A DNA stretch of 64,000 bases from an uncultured Actinomycetota bacterium (lineage in GTDB: Bacteria > Actinomycetota > Actinomycetes > Propionibacteriales > Nocardioidaceae), in contig CAVSLP010000009.1 in the NCBI GenBank assembly GCA_963728775.1, positions 1,429 through 65,428 of the forward strand. Reading direction: 5' to 3'. Positions 10,025-19,346 of this stretch are shown piece by piece; position 1 is the stretch's first letter, and each line of letters begins with the position of its first letter. A model generated the notes under the pieces. The model ran no database searches. It saw nothing but the letters and a program-made list of their open reading frames with translations, and was not told the DNA's origin. A program made the position numbers and the translations under genes.

Positions 10025-10240
10025 TCAGCCGTGGTGCGGCGGCACCTCGCCGCGCAGCCACTCGTCGCTGCCCTGGTCGCGCTCGCCCCACCCGTCCGCG
10101 CGGTCGTCGCGGGTGCCCTCCGGGAGCACCTCGCCGAACACCCGGGCCCGGGCCCGGCGCCGGCGCCGCTCGGCCTCGCGAGCACGCCGCCCGGCCGACT
10201 CGTCGGCGGGACCCTGCGGCTCCGGGTCGCGCGGGGTCAC
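10025..10240 (-). CDS. small hypothetical protein (71 aa), translationally coupled to the upstream epimerase
   Basis: GTG at 10240 overlaps the epimerase stop (GTGA). Reads VTPRDPEPQGPADES...RVFGEVLPEGTRDDRADGWGERDQGSDEWLRGEVPPHHG, with near-100% GC3. Confidence 0.45.
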   Translation of the reverse strand: MTPRDPEPQGPADESAGRRAREAERRRRRARARVFGEVLPEGTRDDRADGWGERDQGSDEWLRGEVPPHHG

Positions 10241-11154
10241 GGGCACGCGCCGGAAGAGTCGCGCAGCACGTCGAACCAGCCCGCCCCGAAGCTGCCGCGA
10301 CCGGGCGTCCAGCCGCTGCCGGCGATGAACGCGTCGGAGCTGATCCGCAGCGAGCGGGCCAGCGGCTCGACGCGGGCGCCGGCGAGCCGCGTCATCAGGG
10401 GTCCCATGAAGTCGATGCTCTCGCGCCCGGCGGCCTCGGCGAAACCGCCCACCAGGTCGACCCGGCGGACCGGCTCGGCGCCGACGTTGTAGACCCCGCT
10501 GGGCGCGTGCAGCGCGCCCACCACGGCCGGCCCGAGGTCGTCGGTGTGCACCAGGTGCGCCCAGCCGTCGGGCGAGCCGAGCCCGATCGGGCGTCCGTGC
10601 CGGACGGCCCGCAGCTGGAAGCGGGTCAGCGGGTCGTCGCCGACGATGATGCCGAAGCGCAGCACCACCCCGGTCCGCGAGCCGCACGCGTAGTCCTGCA
10701 CGTGCGACTCCCCCACCGAGGCGGGCTCGGTGGCGCGGGTGATCGCCACCGGGGAGTCCTCGGTGATCCACTCGTCGCCCTGGTCGGCGTACAGGAAGGA
10801 GACGCTCTCCTGGACGAGGCGTCGGACCCCCGCGTCCCGGGCGGCCGCGACCACCCGCCGCACCCCCTCGGTGCGCAGCCGGTCGTGGGTCCGCCAGCGG
10901 GCCGGCCACAGGGCGGCGTACCCGACCGGGATGTTCGTGGCGAAGTTCGCGACCGCGTCGGCGCCGGTGAACATCGCGACCAGGCCGGCGTGGTCGCTGA
11001 GGCTGGTCAGCACCGGGGTGGCACCGAGGCCGGTCAGCAGCGCGGCCTTCTCGGGCGTGCGCGCCAGTCCCACGACCTCGTGCCCGGCGGCGACGAGCGC
11101 GGGGAGCGCGCTCCTGCCGATCACGCCGGTGGCACCGGTGACTGCGACCCTCAC
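10237..11154 (-). CDS. NAD-dependent epimerase/dehydratase family (extended SDR) protein
   Basis: GTG at 11154: VRVAVTGATGVIGRSALPALVAAGHEVVGLAR shows the Rossmann GxxGxxG motif. The remainder is in frame to 10237. Confidence 0.8.
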   Translation of the reverse strand: MRVAVTGATGVIGRSALPALVAAGHEVVGLARTPEKAALLTGLGATPVLTSLSDHAGLVAMFTGADAVANFATNIPVGYAALWPARWRTHDRLRTEGVRRVVAAARDAGVRRLVQESVSFLYADQGDEWITEDSPVAITRATEPASVGESHVQDYACGSRTGVVLRFGIIVGDDPLTRFQLRAVRHGRPIGLGSPDGWAHLVHTDDLGPAVVGALHAPSGVYNVGAEPVRRVDLVGGFAEAAGRESIDFMGPLMTRLAGARVEPLARSLRISSDAFIAGSGWTPGRGSFGAGWFDVLRDSSGACP

Positions 11155-11377
11155 GTGGCCTCTCTCGCTGTTCGACGTCTCCTCGACGGCCTGCCGGGCC
11201 AGTCCCTCACGTCCGCCGCCGCAGGGCGCGGCGCCGATTCCCGCCCGGGACAGTCTCCGATAACAGATCAGTAACGGCAACCCGTTCGCGGGTTCTGCCC
11301 GCGAGATCTTCGGGCCGCGACCCCGCCGGCGGGGGTTCTTGCGGGCCGGGGCCGGGCCCGGCCGGACGCGCCGCGAG

Positions 11378-12538
11378 TCAGCGCAGGCTCTGGTACAGCT
11401 CCACGGTGCGGGCCGCGATCGCGTCCCACCCGAAGTCGGCAACCGCCCGGGCACGGCCCGCCCGCCCCATCCTCGCGGCGAGCGCCGGGTCGGCCGCGAG
11501 GCGGTTCACCGCGGCGGCCAGGTCCGCCTCGAAGGACTCCGGGGCGGACTCCTCGTAGTCCACCAGCAGGCCGGTCTCGCCGTCGACCACGACCTCGGGG
11601 ATCCCGCCGACCCGGCTGGCCACGACCGCGGTCTCGCAGGCCATCGCCTCCAGGTTCACGATCCCCAGCGGCTCGTAGACCGACGGGCACAGGAAGGCCA
11701 GCGCGCCGGTCAGCACCTGCCGGACCTCCTCGCGCGGCAGCATCTCGGAGACCACGAAGACGCCGTCGCGGGCAGCCCGCAGGTCGGTGACCGCCGCGTC
11801 GGTCTCGGCCTTCAGCTCCGGGGTGTCGGCGGCCCCGGCGAGCAGCACCACCTGCAGGTCGGGGTCGAAGGACAGCCCGGCGCGGAGCAGGTGCGGCACG
11901 CCCTTCTGCCGGGTGATCCGGCCGACGAACGCCACGTAGGGCCGGGCCGGGTCCACCCCGATCCGCTCGAGCACCGCGCGGTCCGGGTCGGGGGCGTAGA
12001 AGTCGGTGTCGATGCCGTTGTAGACCACGTGCACCCGGTCCGGGTCCAGGTCCGGGTAGGCCGCCAGCACATCGGCGCGCATGCCGTTGCTGACCGCCAC
12101 CACGGCGTCCGCCGCCTCGTAGGCGGTGCGCTCGGCCCACGAGGACAGCCGGTAGCCGCCGCCGAGCTGCTCGGCCTTCCAGGGGCGTTGCGGCTCCAGC
12201 GAGTGCGCGGTGACGACGTGCGGGACGTCGTACAGCAGCTTGGACCAGTGCCCCGCCATGTTGGCGTACCAGGTGTGCGAGTGCACGACGTCGACGTGGC
12301 CGGAGCCGACCCCGGCGACCATCGCGAGATCCGTGGAGAGCACCTGCAGCGCCGGGTTCGCGCCGGCCAGCCGCGGCTCCTTCTCGGAGTGCGCGGTCGC
12401 GCCGTCCCGGGGCTCGCCCATGCAGTGCACGTCCACGTCGATCAGCCGGCGGAGCTCGCGGACCAGGAAGTCCACGTGCACCCCCGCCCCGCCGTACACG
12501 TCCGGGGGGAACTCGCGGGTCAGGATGGCAGCGCGCAT
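11378..12538 (-). CDS. glgA: GT4 glycogen synthase-like glycosyltransferase (actinobacterial GlgA/GlgM type)
   Basis: 386-aa ORF: MRAAILTREFPPDVYGGAGVHVDFLVRELRR...VTAHSLEP...C-terminal E..G.V.LEAMA motif. It is divergent from glgC. Confidence 0.85.
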   Translation of the reverse strand: MRAAILTREFPPDVYGGAGVHVDFLVRELRRLIDVDVHCMGEPRDGATAHSEKEPRLAGANPALQVLSTDLAMVAGVGSGHVDVVHSHTWYANMAGHWSKLLYDVPHVVTAHSLEPQRPWKAEQLGGGYRLSSWAERTAYEAADAVVAVSNGMRADVLAAYPDLDPDRVHVVYNGIDTDFYAPDPDRAVLERIGVDPARPYVAFVGRITRQKGVPHLLRAGLSFDPDLQVVLLAGAADTPELKAETDAAVTDLRAARDGVFVVSEMLPREEVRQVLTGALAFLCPSVYEPLGIVNLEAMACETAVVASRVGGIPEVVVDGETGLLVDYEESAPESFEADLAAAVNRLAADPALAARMGRAGRARAVADFGWDAIAARTVELYQSLR

Positions 12539-12585
12539 GGGACGAACCTATCGGCAACCGTCCCGGGTGGGACTAGGGTCGGCGC

Positions 12586-13800
12586 ATGGCGAAAGTACTG
12601 GCGATCGTCCTGGCCGGCGGCGAGGGCAAGCGACTGATGCCACTGACGGTCGACCGGGCCAAGCCCGCGGTCCCGTTCGGGGGCAGCTACCGACTGATCG
12701 ACTTCGCGCTGTCGAACCTCGTCAACGCGGGTTACCTGAAGTGCGCGGTGCTCACCCAGTACAAGTCGCACTCCCTGGACCGGCACATCTCGCTCACCTG
12801 GCGGATGTCCACGCTGCTGGGCAACTACGTCACCCCGGTGCCGGCGCAGCAGCGCCGCGGGCCGAAGTGGTACCAGGGCAGCGCGGACGCGATCTACCAG
12901 TCGATGAACCTGATCAACGACGAGCGGCCGGACACCATCGTGGTGTTCGGCGCCGACCACGTCTACCGGATGGACGCCTCGCAGATGGTGCAGGCGCACA
13001 TCGACTCCGGCGCCGGCGTCACGGTGGCCGGTATCCGGGTGCCGCGCAAGGAGGCCTGGCAGTTCGGGGTGATCAAGACCGCCGACGGGCTGCGGATCGA
13101 CGACTTCCTGGAGAAGCCGGCCGACCCGCCGGGGCTGCCGGACTCGCCCGACGAGGTGTACGCCTCGATGGGCAACTACGTGTTCACCGCGGACGCGCTC
13201 GTCGAGGCGCTCGAGCAGGACGCCGCGGACCCGAACTCGCGGCACGACATGGGCGGCGACATCATCCCCCGGCTGGTCGAGCAGCAGCAGGCCTGCGTCT
13301 ACGACTTCCGGCAGAACGTCGTGCCGGGCTCCACGCCCGGGGACCGCGACTACTGGCGCGACGTGGGCACCGTGGACTCCTACCACGAGGCGCACCTGGA
13401 CCTGGTCTCCGTGGAGCCGGTGTTCAACCTGTACAACACCGACTGGCCGATCTTCACCTCGCACCCGCAGCTGCCCGGCGCGAAGTTCGTCGAGAACGCG
13501 ACCGCCCGGGACTCGATCGTGTGCGCCGGCTCGATCGTGTCCGGCGCCACCGTGGACAGCTCCGTGATCGGCGCCCACGCCTACGTCGCGGACGGCGCCA
13601 ACGTGGAGCGCAGCGTGGTCTTCGACAACGTCACCATCGGCAAGGGCGCCGTGGTGCGCAACGCGATCCTGGACAAGAACGTGATCGTGCCCGACGGCGC
13701 CCAGATCGGCGTGGACCACGACGAGGACCGGCGCCGCGGGTTCACGGTCAGCGAGGGCGGGGTCACGGTGCTCGGGAAGTACCAGCTGGTCGTGCCCTGA
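12586..13800 (+). CDS. glgC: glucose-1-phosphate adenylyltransferase
   Basis: 404-aa ORF: [49 protein letters not shown]...QGSADAIYQ. This is canonical GlgC. Confidence 0.95.
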   Translation: MAKVLAIVLAGGEGKRLMPLTVDRAKPAVPFGGSYRLIDFALSNLVNAGYLKCAVLTQYKSHSLDRHISLTWRMSTLLGNYVTPVPAQQRRGPKWYQGSADAIYQSMNLINDERPDTIVVFGADHVYRMDASQMVQAHIDSGAGVTVAGIRVPRKEAWQFGVIKTADGLRIDDFLEKPADPPGLPDSPDEVYASMGNYVFTADALVEALEQDAADPNSRHDMGGDIIPRLVEQQQACVYDFRQNVVPGSTPGDRDYWRDVGTVDSYHEAHLDLVSVEPVFNLYNTDWPIFTSHPQLPGAKFVENATARDSIVCAGSIVSGATVDSSVIGAHAYVADGANVERSVVFDNVTIGKGAVVRNAILDKNVIVPDGAQIGVDHDEDRRRGFTVSEGGVTVLGKYQLVVP

Positions 13801-13890
13801 GGCTTTCGCGTCCCGGGCTTTCGCGTCCCGGGCTTTCGCGTCCCGGGCTTTCGCGTCCCGGGCTTTCGCGTCCTGGGGTTTACCGTCCCG
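13801..13890. repeat. 15-bp tandem repeat, 6 copies (GGCTTTCGCGTCCCG x4 perfect plus 2 degenerate)
   Basis: Read directly: four perfect units at 13801-13860, then ggctttcgcgtcctg and gggtttaccgtcccg. Each junction forms CCCGGG. It lies between the glgC stop and the pfpI-like start. Confidence 0.95.
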
Positions 13891-13940
13891 GTCGCTGGTT
13901 ACTGGACGGGCTCCAGACGTACGACGACAAGGAGCGTGTG

Positions 13941-14489
13941 ATGACCGACCAGACGTTGCAGGGCAAGACGATCGCGTTCCTGGTGGCCGCGGAGGGCATC
14001 GAGCAGGTCGAGCTGACCGAGCCGTGGAAGGCCGTCGCGGAGGCCGGCGGGACCCCGAAGCTGCTGTCCCCCGAGCCGGGCACCGTCCAGGCGTTCAACC
14101 ACCTGGACAAGGCGGACACGTTCCGCGTGGACGTGCCGGTCGCCGAGGCCGACCCGGGCCAGTTCGACGCGCTCGTGCTGCCGGGCGGGGTGGCGAACCC
14201 GGACGCCCTGCGCACCGACAAGGCAGCGGTCGACTTCGTCCGGACGTTCGTCGAGTCCGGCAAGACGGTCGCGGCGATCTGCCACGCCCCCTGGTCGCTG
14301 GCCGAGGCCGGCGTGCTCCAGGGTCGGCGGCTCACGTCGTGGCCGAGCCTGCAGACCGACCTGCGCAACGCGGGCGCCACCTGGGTCGACGAGGAGGTCG
14401 TGGTCGACGGGAACCTGGTCACCAGCCGCAACCCGCACGACCTGCCGGCCTTCAACGCCAAGCTGGTCGAGCTGGCCGCCGCCGGCTGA
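13941..14489 (+). CDS. DJ-1/PfpI family protein (type 1 glutamine amidotransferase-like)
   Basis: ATG at 13941: MTDQTLQGKTIAFLVAAEGIEQVELTEP...DALVLPGGVANPD...GKTVAAICHAPWSL has the nucleophile-elbow Cys-His context. Confidence 0.88.
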   Translation: MTDQTLQGKTIAFLVAAEGIEQVELTEPWKAVAEAGGTPKLLSPEPGTVQAFNHLDKADTFRVDVPVAEADPGQFDALVLPGGVANPDALRTDKAAVDFVRTFVESGKTVAAICHAPWSLAEAGVLQGRRLTSWPSLQTDLRNAGATWVDEEVVVDGNLVTSRNPHDLPAFNAKLVELAAAG

Positions 14490-14619
14490 GCGCGCGACCG
14501 CCCGCCCACCGCCCGGTCCCGCCGCCACAATTGTGCTGTTGTGACGGTCGTTCGGCCGGTTTCGGCGTCAGAACCGCACAATCGCGCGATTGCGGCCGGT
14601 GGGCAGCAGCGTCGACCGT

Positions 14620-15747
14620 CTACCGGGTGCCGGCGTTCTCCGGGATGAACGTCGGCACGCCTCGTTCTCCCACCCGCACGTCGAGGATGGCGTGGTGGGC
14701 GCGCTGCCCGAAGTAGGCCTGGTTCGCCACCAGGACCCGGCGGCCGAGGAAGGTGGCGCTCGAGGGCGTGTCGAACGGGACCGGGGACCCGTTGTCCCCG
14801 GTGCCCGGCGTCTGCGGGAACCGCTCCAGCTCGGTGCCGTCGCGCCCGACCACCACGATCTGGTTCGACAGGCCCGCCTCGGCGATGTAGATGCGGCCCG
14901 ACCGCGCCACCCCGAACCCGTCCGGGAGGTCACCGGGCCGGCTCTCCCAGAGCAGGTGCAACCGCCCGGGACGGCCCCCCGTGCGGATCGGCAGCCGGTA
15001 CAGCTTGCCGGTCGACGGGTCGGGTTCGGCCGGCGGCACCGCGGGGCCCATCGAGCTCTGCTGGGTGAGCAGCAGCGCGTGGTGGTCCGGGGCGAGCACC
15101 AGGCCCGCCGTACCGAACTGGCCGCCGTCGAGCTTGCGGCTGCTGAACCAGGCCCGGGGCCGACCACCGCCGGGCGGCACCGCCCAGATCACCGCCTGGC
15201 CGTAGTCGCTGACGTAGAGCCGGCCGTGCGGGCCCCAGGCGGCGTAGTTCGGGATCGCGGGGCCGTCGGCGGCGTTGGGTGTGCAGCCCGCCGCGCCGGC
15301 CGCGCCGGTGGGGCCGCAGGCCGGCAGGTCGGGCAGGGTGGCGTAGCGGCGGAACCGCCCCGTACGGGGGTTCAGCAGCAGCACCCGCGAGGTGGACTTC
15401 TCCAGCAGCACCAGCCGGCCGCGCGCGTCGCTGGTGGCGACCTGCACGCCGTGCTCGGAGTCGAGGTGCTGGCCCGGCACCCGCCACGACCGCAGCAGCG
15501 TGCCGTGCCGGGTCCACTCGAACACCCGGGAGGCGGTGTGGTCGCCGGCGGGGTTGGTGTAGGTGCCCGCGTAGACCCGGCCGTCGGGGTGCACGTAGGC
15601 GTACGCCGGAAACCCCGGCGGCGGCACCGACGCGAACACCCGCGTGTCCCAGCGGGGCCGGGTGCCGGCGGCCTGACCGGCCGCCACCGGGACGAGCGGC
15701 AGCAGCACCGCCAGCGCCGCGGCGAGCGCGCGGATCCGGCGCCTCAC
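14620..15747 (-). CDS. secreted beta-propeller protein (SMP-30/gluconolactonase/strictosidine-synthase-like)
   Basis: GTG at 15747 (GTGA overlap with the upstream oxidase stop): VRRRIRALAAALAVLLPLVPVAAGQAAG is a signal peptide. Repeated blades follow (GRVYAGTY, GRLYVSDYG, GRIYIAEAG). Confidence 0.55.
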   Translation of the reverse strand: MRRRIRALAAALAVLLPLVPVAAGQAAGTRPRWDTRVFASVPPPGFPAYAYVHPDGRVYAGTYTNPAGDHTASRVFEWTRHGTLLRSWRVPGQHLDSEHGVQVATSDARGRLVLLEKSTSRVLLLNPRTGRFRRYATLPDLPACGPTGAAGAAGCTPNAADGPAIPNYAAWGPHGRLYVSDYGQAVIWAVPPGGGRPRAWFSSRKLDGGQFGTAGLVLAPDHHALLLTQQSSMGPAVPPAEPDPSTGKLYRLPIRTGGRPGRLHLLWESRPGDLPDGFGVARSGRIYIAEAGLSNQIVVVGRDGTELERFPQTPGTGDNGSPVPFDTPSSATFLGRRVLVANQAYFGQRAHHAILDVRVGERGVPTFIPENAGTR

Positions 15748-17267
15748 GGCAGGTCCAGGACCTCGCGGGCGGCCCGCTCCCCCGCCCGCACTGCGCCGTC
15801 CATGTACCCCGACCAGTACGTCGACGTCTCGGTGCCGGCCCAGTGCGTGCGCCGGAACGGGGTGCGGATCGTGGACCCGTAGGCGGTGACCGCGCCGGGC
15901 ACCTGGATCGCCACCGGGCTGCCCTTGGTCCACTGCTCGTGGGTCCAGTCGTGCTCGACGTACTGGATCGGGTGCAACGCCTCGTCGCCGACGATCGCGG
16001 CGAAGCCCTCCAGCACCGCCTTGCGCCGCGCGGCACGCGACTGGGTGCCGTACTTCGCCCAGGTGGACCCGCCGACGAAGGCGAGCAGCACCCCGACCGA
16101 GGCGTCCGCGGGGCTGTTGTCGAAGGAGACCCGGACCGCGCCGTCGTCGTTCAGGCCGCTGCCGGAGAGCCCCTTGGCCCGCCAGAACGGCGTGTCGTAG
16201 ACGGCGTCGCACTTCATCAGCGCGCCCATCGGCATCCGCTGGAGCAGCTGCAGGCGTTTCGGCGGCAGCAGCGGCGCCCACTCGATCCCGACCACGGTCG
16301 GCGGCGGTGCCGCGACGATCACCCGGCGAGCGCGGACCTTGCCGCGGTCGCTGGTCACCTCCACGTGGTCGTGGTGCTGCTCGATGCGGCGCACCGCCGC
16401 CTCGAGCGCCACCGCGTCGCCGAGGTGCCGGGCCAGCCGCTGCGGGATCAGCCCGGACCCGCCGACGATCCGGGAGTCCTGGGCCGCACCCGCGGTCCCC
16501 GAGGAGCGTTCGAAGGTGCCGACATGGGTCTCGTCGCCGGCGGTGGCGATGTACCACAGGAAGTACAGCATCGACATGTCCAGCCCGTCGCTGCCGAAGC
16601 AGGGCTGCAGGTAGGACAGCAGCAGGTTCCGCACGTCGGGGTTGACGGTGTTCTCGCGGACCCACTGGTCGACGGAGTAGGCGTCCAGCTCGGCCGCGTT
16701 CTCGGCGGCCCAGGGCGCGTCCACCGGGATCTTGGCGGCCATGTCGTCGATGCGCGTCTGCAGCACCGCCGCGTCCGGGAGGATCAGCGGCGCCGGCGGG
16801 ACGGTCCCGGTGTACTCCATCTTCCCGGTCTTCGAGGACACGTAGACGTTCTTGCCCGCGTCGTACTCCTTGAAGGTGCGCACCCCGAGCTCCTTGGCAA
16901 GCCGCAGGATGTGGTTCTGGGTCGGGCCCACGAACGCGCCGCCCTCCTCGACCACCGAGCCGTTGCGCAGCTTGTGGTTGTGCACCCGCCCACCGACCCG
17001 GTCGCGGGCCTCGAGCACCAGGACCGAGCGGCCGGCGTGCCGCAGCTTGCGCGCGGCGACCAGCCCGGAGATGCCGGCGCCGACGACCACCACGTCGACC
17101 TTGCGCGGCAGCGAGCCCTGCAGGGTGGCCGCCTCGGCGGTGTCGGCCAGGCCGAGCCCGCCGGCCGCGGTGAGCGCTCCCCCGGCAGCCAGTCCACCGA
17201 GGAGCAGTCTCCTGCTCACGCCGTCGCCGACCGGACCGTTCCCGGGTGTCGGGCTTGTCGGGACCAT
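15744..17267 (-). CDS. FAD-dependent amine oxidase (flavin monoamine oxidase family) with Tat-type signal
   Basis: ATG at 17267 with GAGGAG 5 nt upstream. SRRLLLGGLAAGGALTAAGG is a twin-arginine leader. VDVVVVGAGISGLVAARKL and VLVLEARDRVGGR form the dinucleotide-binding motif. Confidence 0.8.
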   Translation of the reverse strand: MVPTSPTPGNGPVGDGVSRRLLLGGLAAGGALTAAGGLGLADTAEAATLQGSLPRKVDVVVVGAGISGLVAARKLRHAGRSVLVLEARDRVGGRVHNHKLRNGSVVEEGGAFVGPTQNHILRLAKELGVRTFKEYDAGKNVYVSSKTGKMEYTGTVPPAPLILPDAAVLQTRIDDMAAKIPVDAPWAAENAAELDAYSVDQWVRENTVNPDVRNLLLSYLQPCFGSDGLDMSMLYFLWYIATAGDETHVGTFERSSGTAGAAQDSRIVGGSGLIPQRLARHLGDAVALEAAVRRIEQHHDHVEVTSDRGKVRARRVIVAAPPPTVVGIEWAPLLPPKRLQLLQRMPMGALMKCDAVYDTPFWRAKGLSGSGLNDDGAVRVSFDNSPADASVGVLLAFVGGSTWAKYGTQSRAARRKAVLEGFAAIVGDEALHPIQYVEHDWTHEQWTKGSPVAIQVPGAVTAYGSTIRTPFRRTHWAGTETSTYWSGYMDGAVRAGERAAREVLDLP

Positions 17268-17399
17268 CTGCACTCCTCGTCGTCGGGTTCCTCGCACAGG
17301 CACAACGAGCGAACGTGTCCTAGGCCACGGGGTGTGACCCAGGACACGTCGAGGAGAGCGGCCGCCGGCGGTCCCGGCGAGGCCGCGACGGGCGGGCGG

Positions 17400-18599
17400 T
17401 CAGGCGCAGAGTCCGTTCTCGCGGGCCTGCTCGGCCTTCGCGGCGGCCTCGGCCTGCGACTGCTGGTCGCTGGGCGCGCTGGTACCGGCGCTCGGGCCGT
17501 TGTGCGGGCCGCCGTGGCCGGCCTTGCTGGCCTTGCCGTGGCCCTCGTCGGCCGCGGTGGTCACGCCGCTCATCATGTCCTTGGTGAGCGGCTTGTCGTG
17601 ACGGATCCGGTTCCACAGCTTGTCGGCCGACGAGGCCCAGATCAGCCGGTTCGGGTCCGGCTGGTAGGTCTCGAACGGGACGGTGAGGAACTGGATGTGG
17701 TCCAGCCCGACGCCCTGCATCGACTTCGCCAGGCTGGCCAGGTCCTTGAGGCTGGCCAGCGCGGGGTCGGTGGTCAGCGACTTGGTGGCCGCGTCCAGGA
17801 ACTTGTACAGGCGCACCGGGTTGATCAACGTGCCGGCCGAGATCGCCTTGTTCGCCATCGAGGCCAGGAACGCCTGCTGGCGCTTCATCCGGCCGATGTC
17901 GCCGTTGTTCGAGATCACGTGCCGGACGCGGACGTAGTTGAGCGCCTGGTCGCCCTTCACCTCGTAGCTGCCCGCGGGCAGGTCGATGTGGCCGGTGGTG
18001 TCGTGCACCGGCTCGGGGACGCAGACCGGGACGCCACCGAGGGCGTCGACCATGCTGCGGAAGCCGTTGAAGTCGACCACCACGAAGTGGTTGATCCGGA
18101 TCTGGGTCAGCTTCTCGACGGTCTTGATGGTGCACGCAGGCCCGCCGACCGCGTAGGCGGCGTTGAACATGCTCAGCCCGCCGGGGTCGACCCCGTTGCC
18201 GTCCTTGCGCTGGCACTCGGGCCGCTCGACCATCGCGTCGCGCGGCAGGCTGACGCCGTACGCCAGCTTCCGGTCCGCCGAGATGTGCATCAGGATCGTG
18301 GTGTCGGACAGGCCCGGGGTGTCCCCGCCGATGTGCCCGGTCTGCCCCTGGCGGGTGTCGGAGCCGAGCAGCAGGATGTTCATCGGCTTGTGCGGGACGT
18401 TGTCCTTGACGATCTCGGTGGGCCGGTCGCTGCCGAGCGCCTGGTCGACGTTCAGCGAGGTGATGTTGCCCTCGAGGTGCCGGTAGGCGAAGAACCCGCC
18501 GGTGACCACGACCAGCAGGACCACGGAGACCGAGATGGCCATGGCCCTGATGACGCGGTGCCGAGGCACCTCGTCGCGATGACGCGGCAAATCTGACAT
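17400..18599 (-). CDS. LCP (LytR-CpsA-Psr) family cell-envelope glycopolymer transferase
   Basis: ATG at 18599: MSDLPRHRDEV...TM helix...NILLLGSDTRQG...SDTTILMHISADR...SLPRD...IRINHFVVVDFNGF. Confidence 0.85.
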   Translation of the reverse strand: MSDLPRHRDEVPRHRVIRAMAISVSVVLLVVVTGGFFAYRHLEGNITSLNVDQALGSDRPTEIVKDNVPHKPMNILLLGSDTRQGQTGHIGGDTPGLSDTTILMHISADRKLAYGVSLPRDAMVERPECQRKDGNGVDPGGLSMFNAAYAVGGPACTIKTVEKLTQIRINHFVVVDFNGFRSMVDALGGVPVCVPEPVHDTTGHIDLPAGSYEVKGDQALNYVRVRHVISNNGDIGRMKRQQAFLASMANKAISAGTLINPVRLYKFLDAATKSLTTDPALASLKDLASLAKSMQGVGLDHIQFLTVPFETYQPDPNRLIWASSADKLWNRIRHDKPLTKDMMSGVTTAADEGHGKASKAGHGGPHNGPSAGTSAPSDQQSQAEAAAKAEQARENGLCA

Positions 18600-18826
18600 A
18601 GGTCCAACTGCGCTAGAACGGCGGCGGCCCTTCGACCCGGGCCGCCCTGAAGCGTAGGGGACCGTCCGAGATCCGGATGGCTCCCTCCCCCGTCGAGCCG
18701 CAGCCACGACGGCTCAGAGGCCACATTCTGCCCTGACCGGGCGGGTCGGACGAAATCGGCGCCTGAGAGACCGCTGAATATGTGACATACGGGCAGTATG
18801 CCCGCGCGGCTCCGGCGCTCGGTGGG

Positions 18827-18961
18827 TCAGTCGCCGTTGCCGGTGTCGGCGTCGACCTTGGCGTCCGGTGCGGAGCTCGGATGGATGAACACGTGGCCGC
18901 GACCGTCACAGTTGGGTCGGGCACAGGTGAGTGTTCCGCGCGGTGACCTTGCCTCGCACAT
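18827..18961 (-). CDS. small Cys-rich hypothetical protein (44 aa)
   Basis: ATG at 18961 preceded by GGGAGG 7 nt upstream: MCEARSPRGTLTCARPNCDGRGHVFIHPSSAPDAKVDADTGNGD. It has 3 Cys plus His and moderate GC3. Confidence 0.35.
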   Translation of the reverse strand: MCEARSPRGTLTCARPNCDGRGHVFIHPSSAPDAKVDADTGNGD

Positions 18962-19170
18962 GGCGTCGCCTCCCAGGTTCCCGCGGTGTCGGCCACCGCG
19001 GTGATGCGCCACCTTGATAGTTGCCACTCAGGGGGCGGGTGACACACTGGCACGGCGGCTACCCCGACCGTTCGACCGACGGACCTGGCCGGCGTGGCGT
19101 GGTCTACGCTTCTCGGTGCGTGGCTGGCCCTGGGTGCAGCGAGGTTTGCGGCGAGGTCCAGCCATGCTCC

Positions 19171-19243
19171 GCCCTCGTAGCTCAGGGGATAGAGCGTCGG
19201 TTTCCTAAACCGTGCGTCGCAGGTTCGAATCCTGCCGGGGGCA
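19171..19243 (+). tRNA. tRNA-Arg (anticodon CCT)
   Basis: Hand-folded cloverleaf. Acceptor GCCCTCG/CGGGGGC, D arm GCTC-AGGGGATA-GAGC, anticodon loop TTCCTAA (CCT), T arm GCAGG-TTCGAAT-CCTGC, discriminator A. CCA is not encoded. Confidence 0.92.
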
Positions 19244-19249
19244 CCCTGT

Positions 19250-19288
19250 GATGTCCCGGGACACCGTTGACAGGTGTCTCAGGACATC
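19250..19288. repeat. nested inverted repeat immediately 3' of tRNA-Arg (possible terminator or att-like site)
   Basis: GATGTCC cgg GACACC gttgaca GGTGTC tca GGACATC. The outer 7-bp and inner 6-bp arms are perfectly complementary. Confidence 0.7.
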
Positions 19289-19346
19289 GCGGCCATCTTC
19301 GGCCGCCTGGCCACGCTGGTGCGGTGCGGTTGGACAGACTGCGGCT

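Noticed and set aside
13801-13890. Possible CRISPR array
   Set aside because: The units are contiguous 15-mers with no spacers, and there are no cas genes. It is a simple tandem repeat.
15279-18596. 1105-aa plus-strand ORF, with similar long ORFs at 34139..35962(-), 34423..37473(+ N-terminal part), 31801..34110(+), 53010..54695(+), 59162..61141(+) and 61168..62898(+)
   Set aside because: Their composition (R/G/P/A/H-rich, no motifs) and perfect antisense or off-frame overlap with motif-bearing genes mark them as high-GC shadow ORFs.
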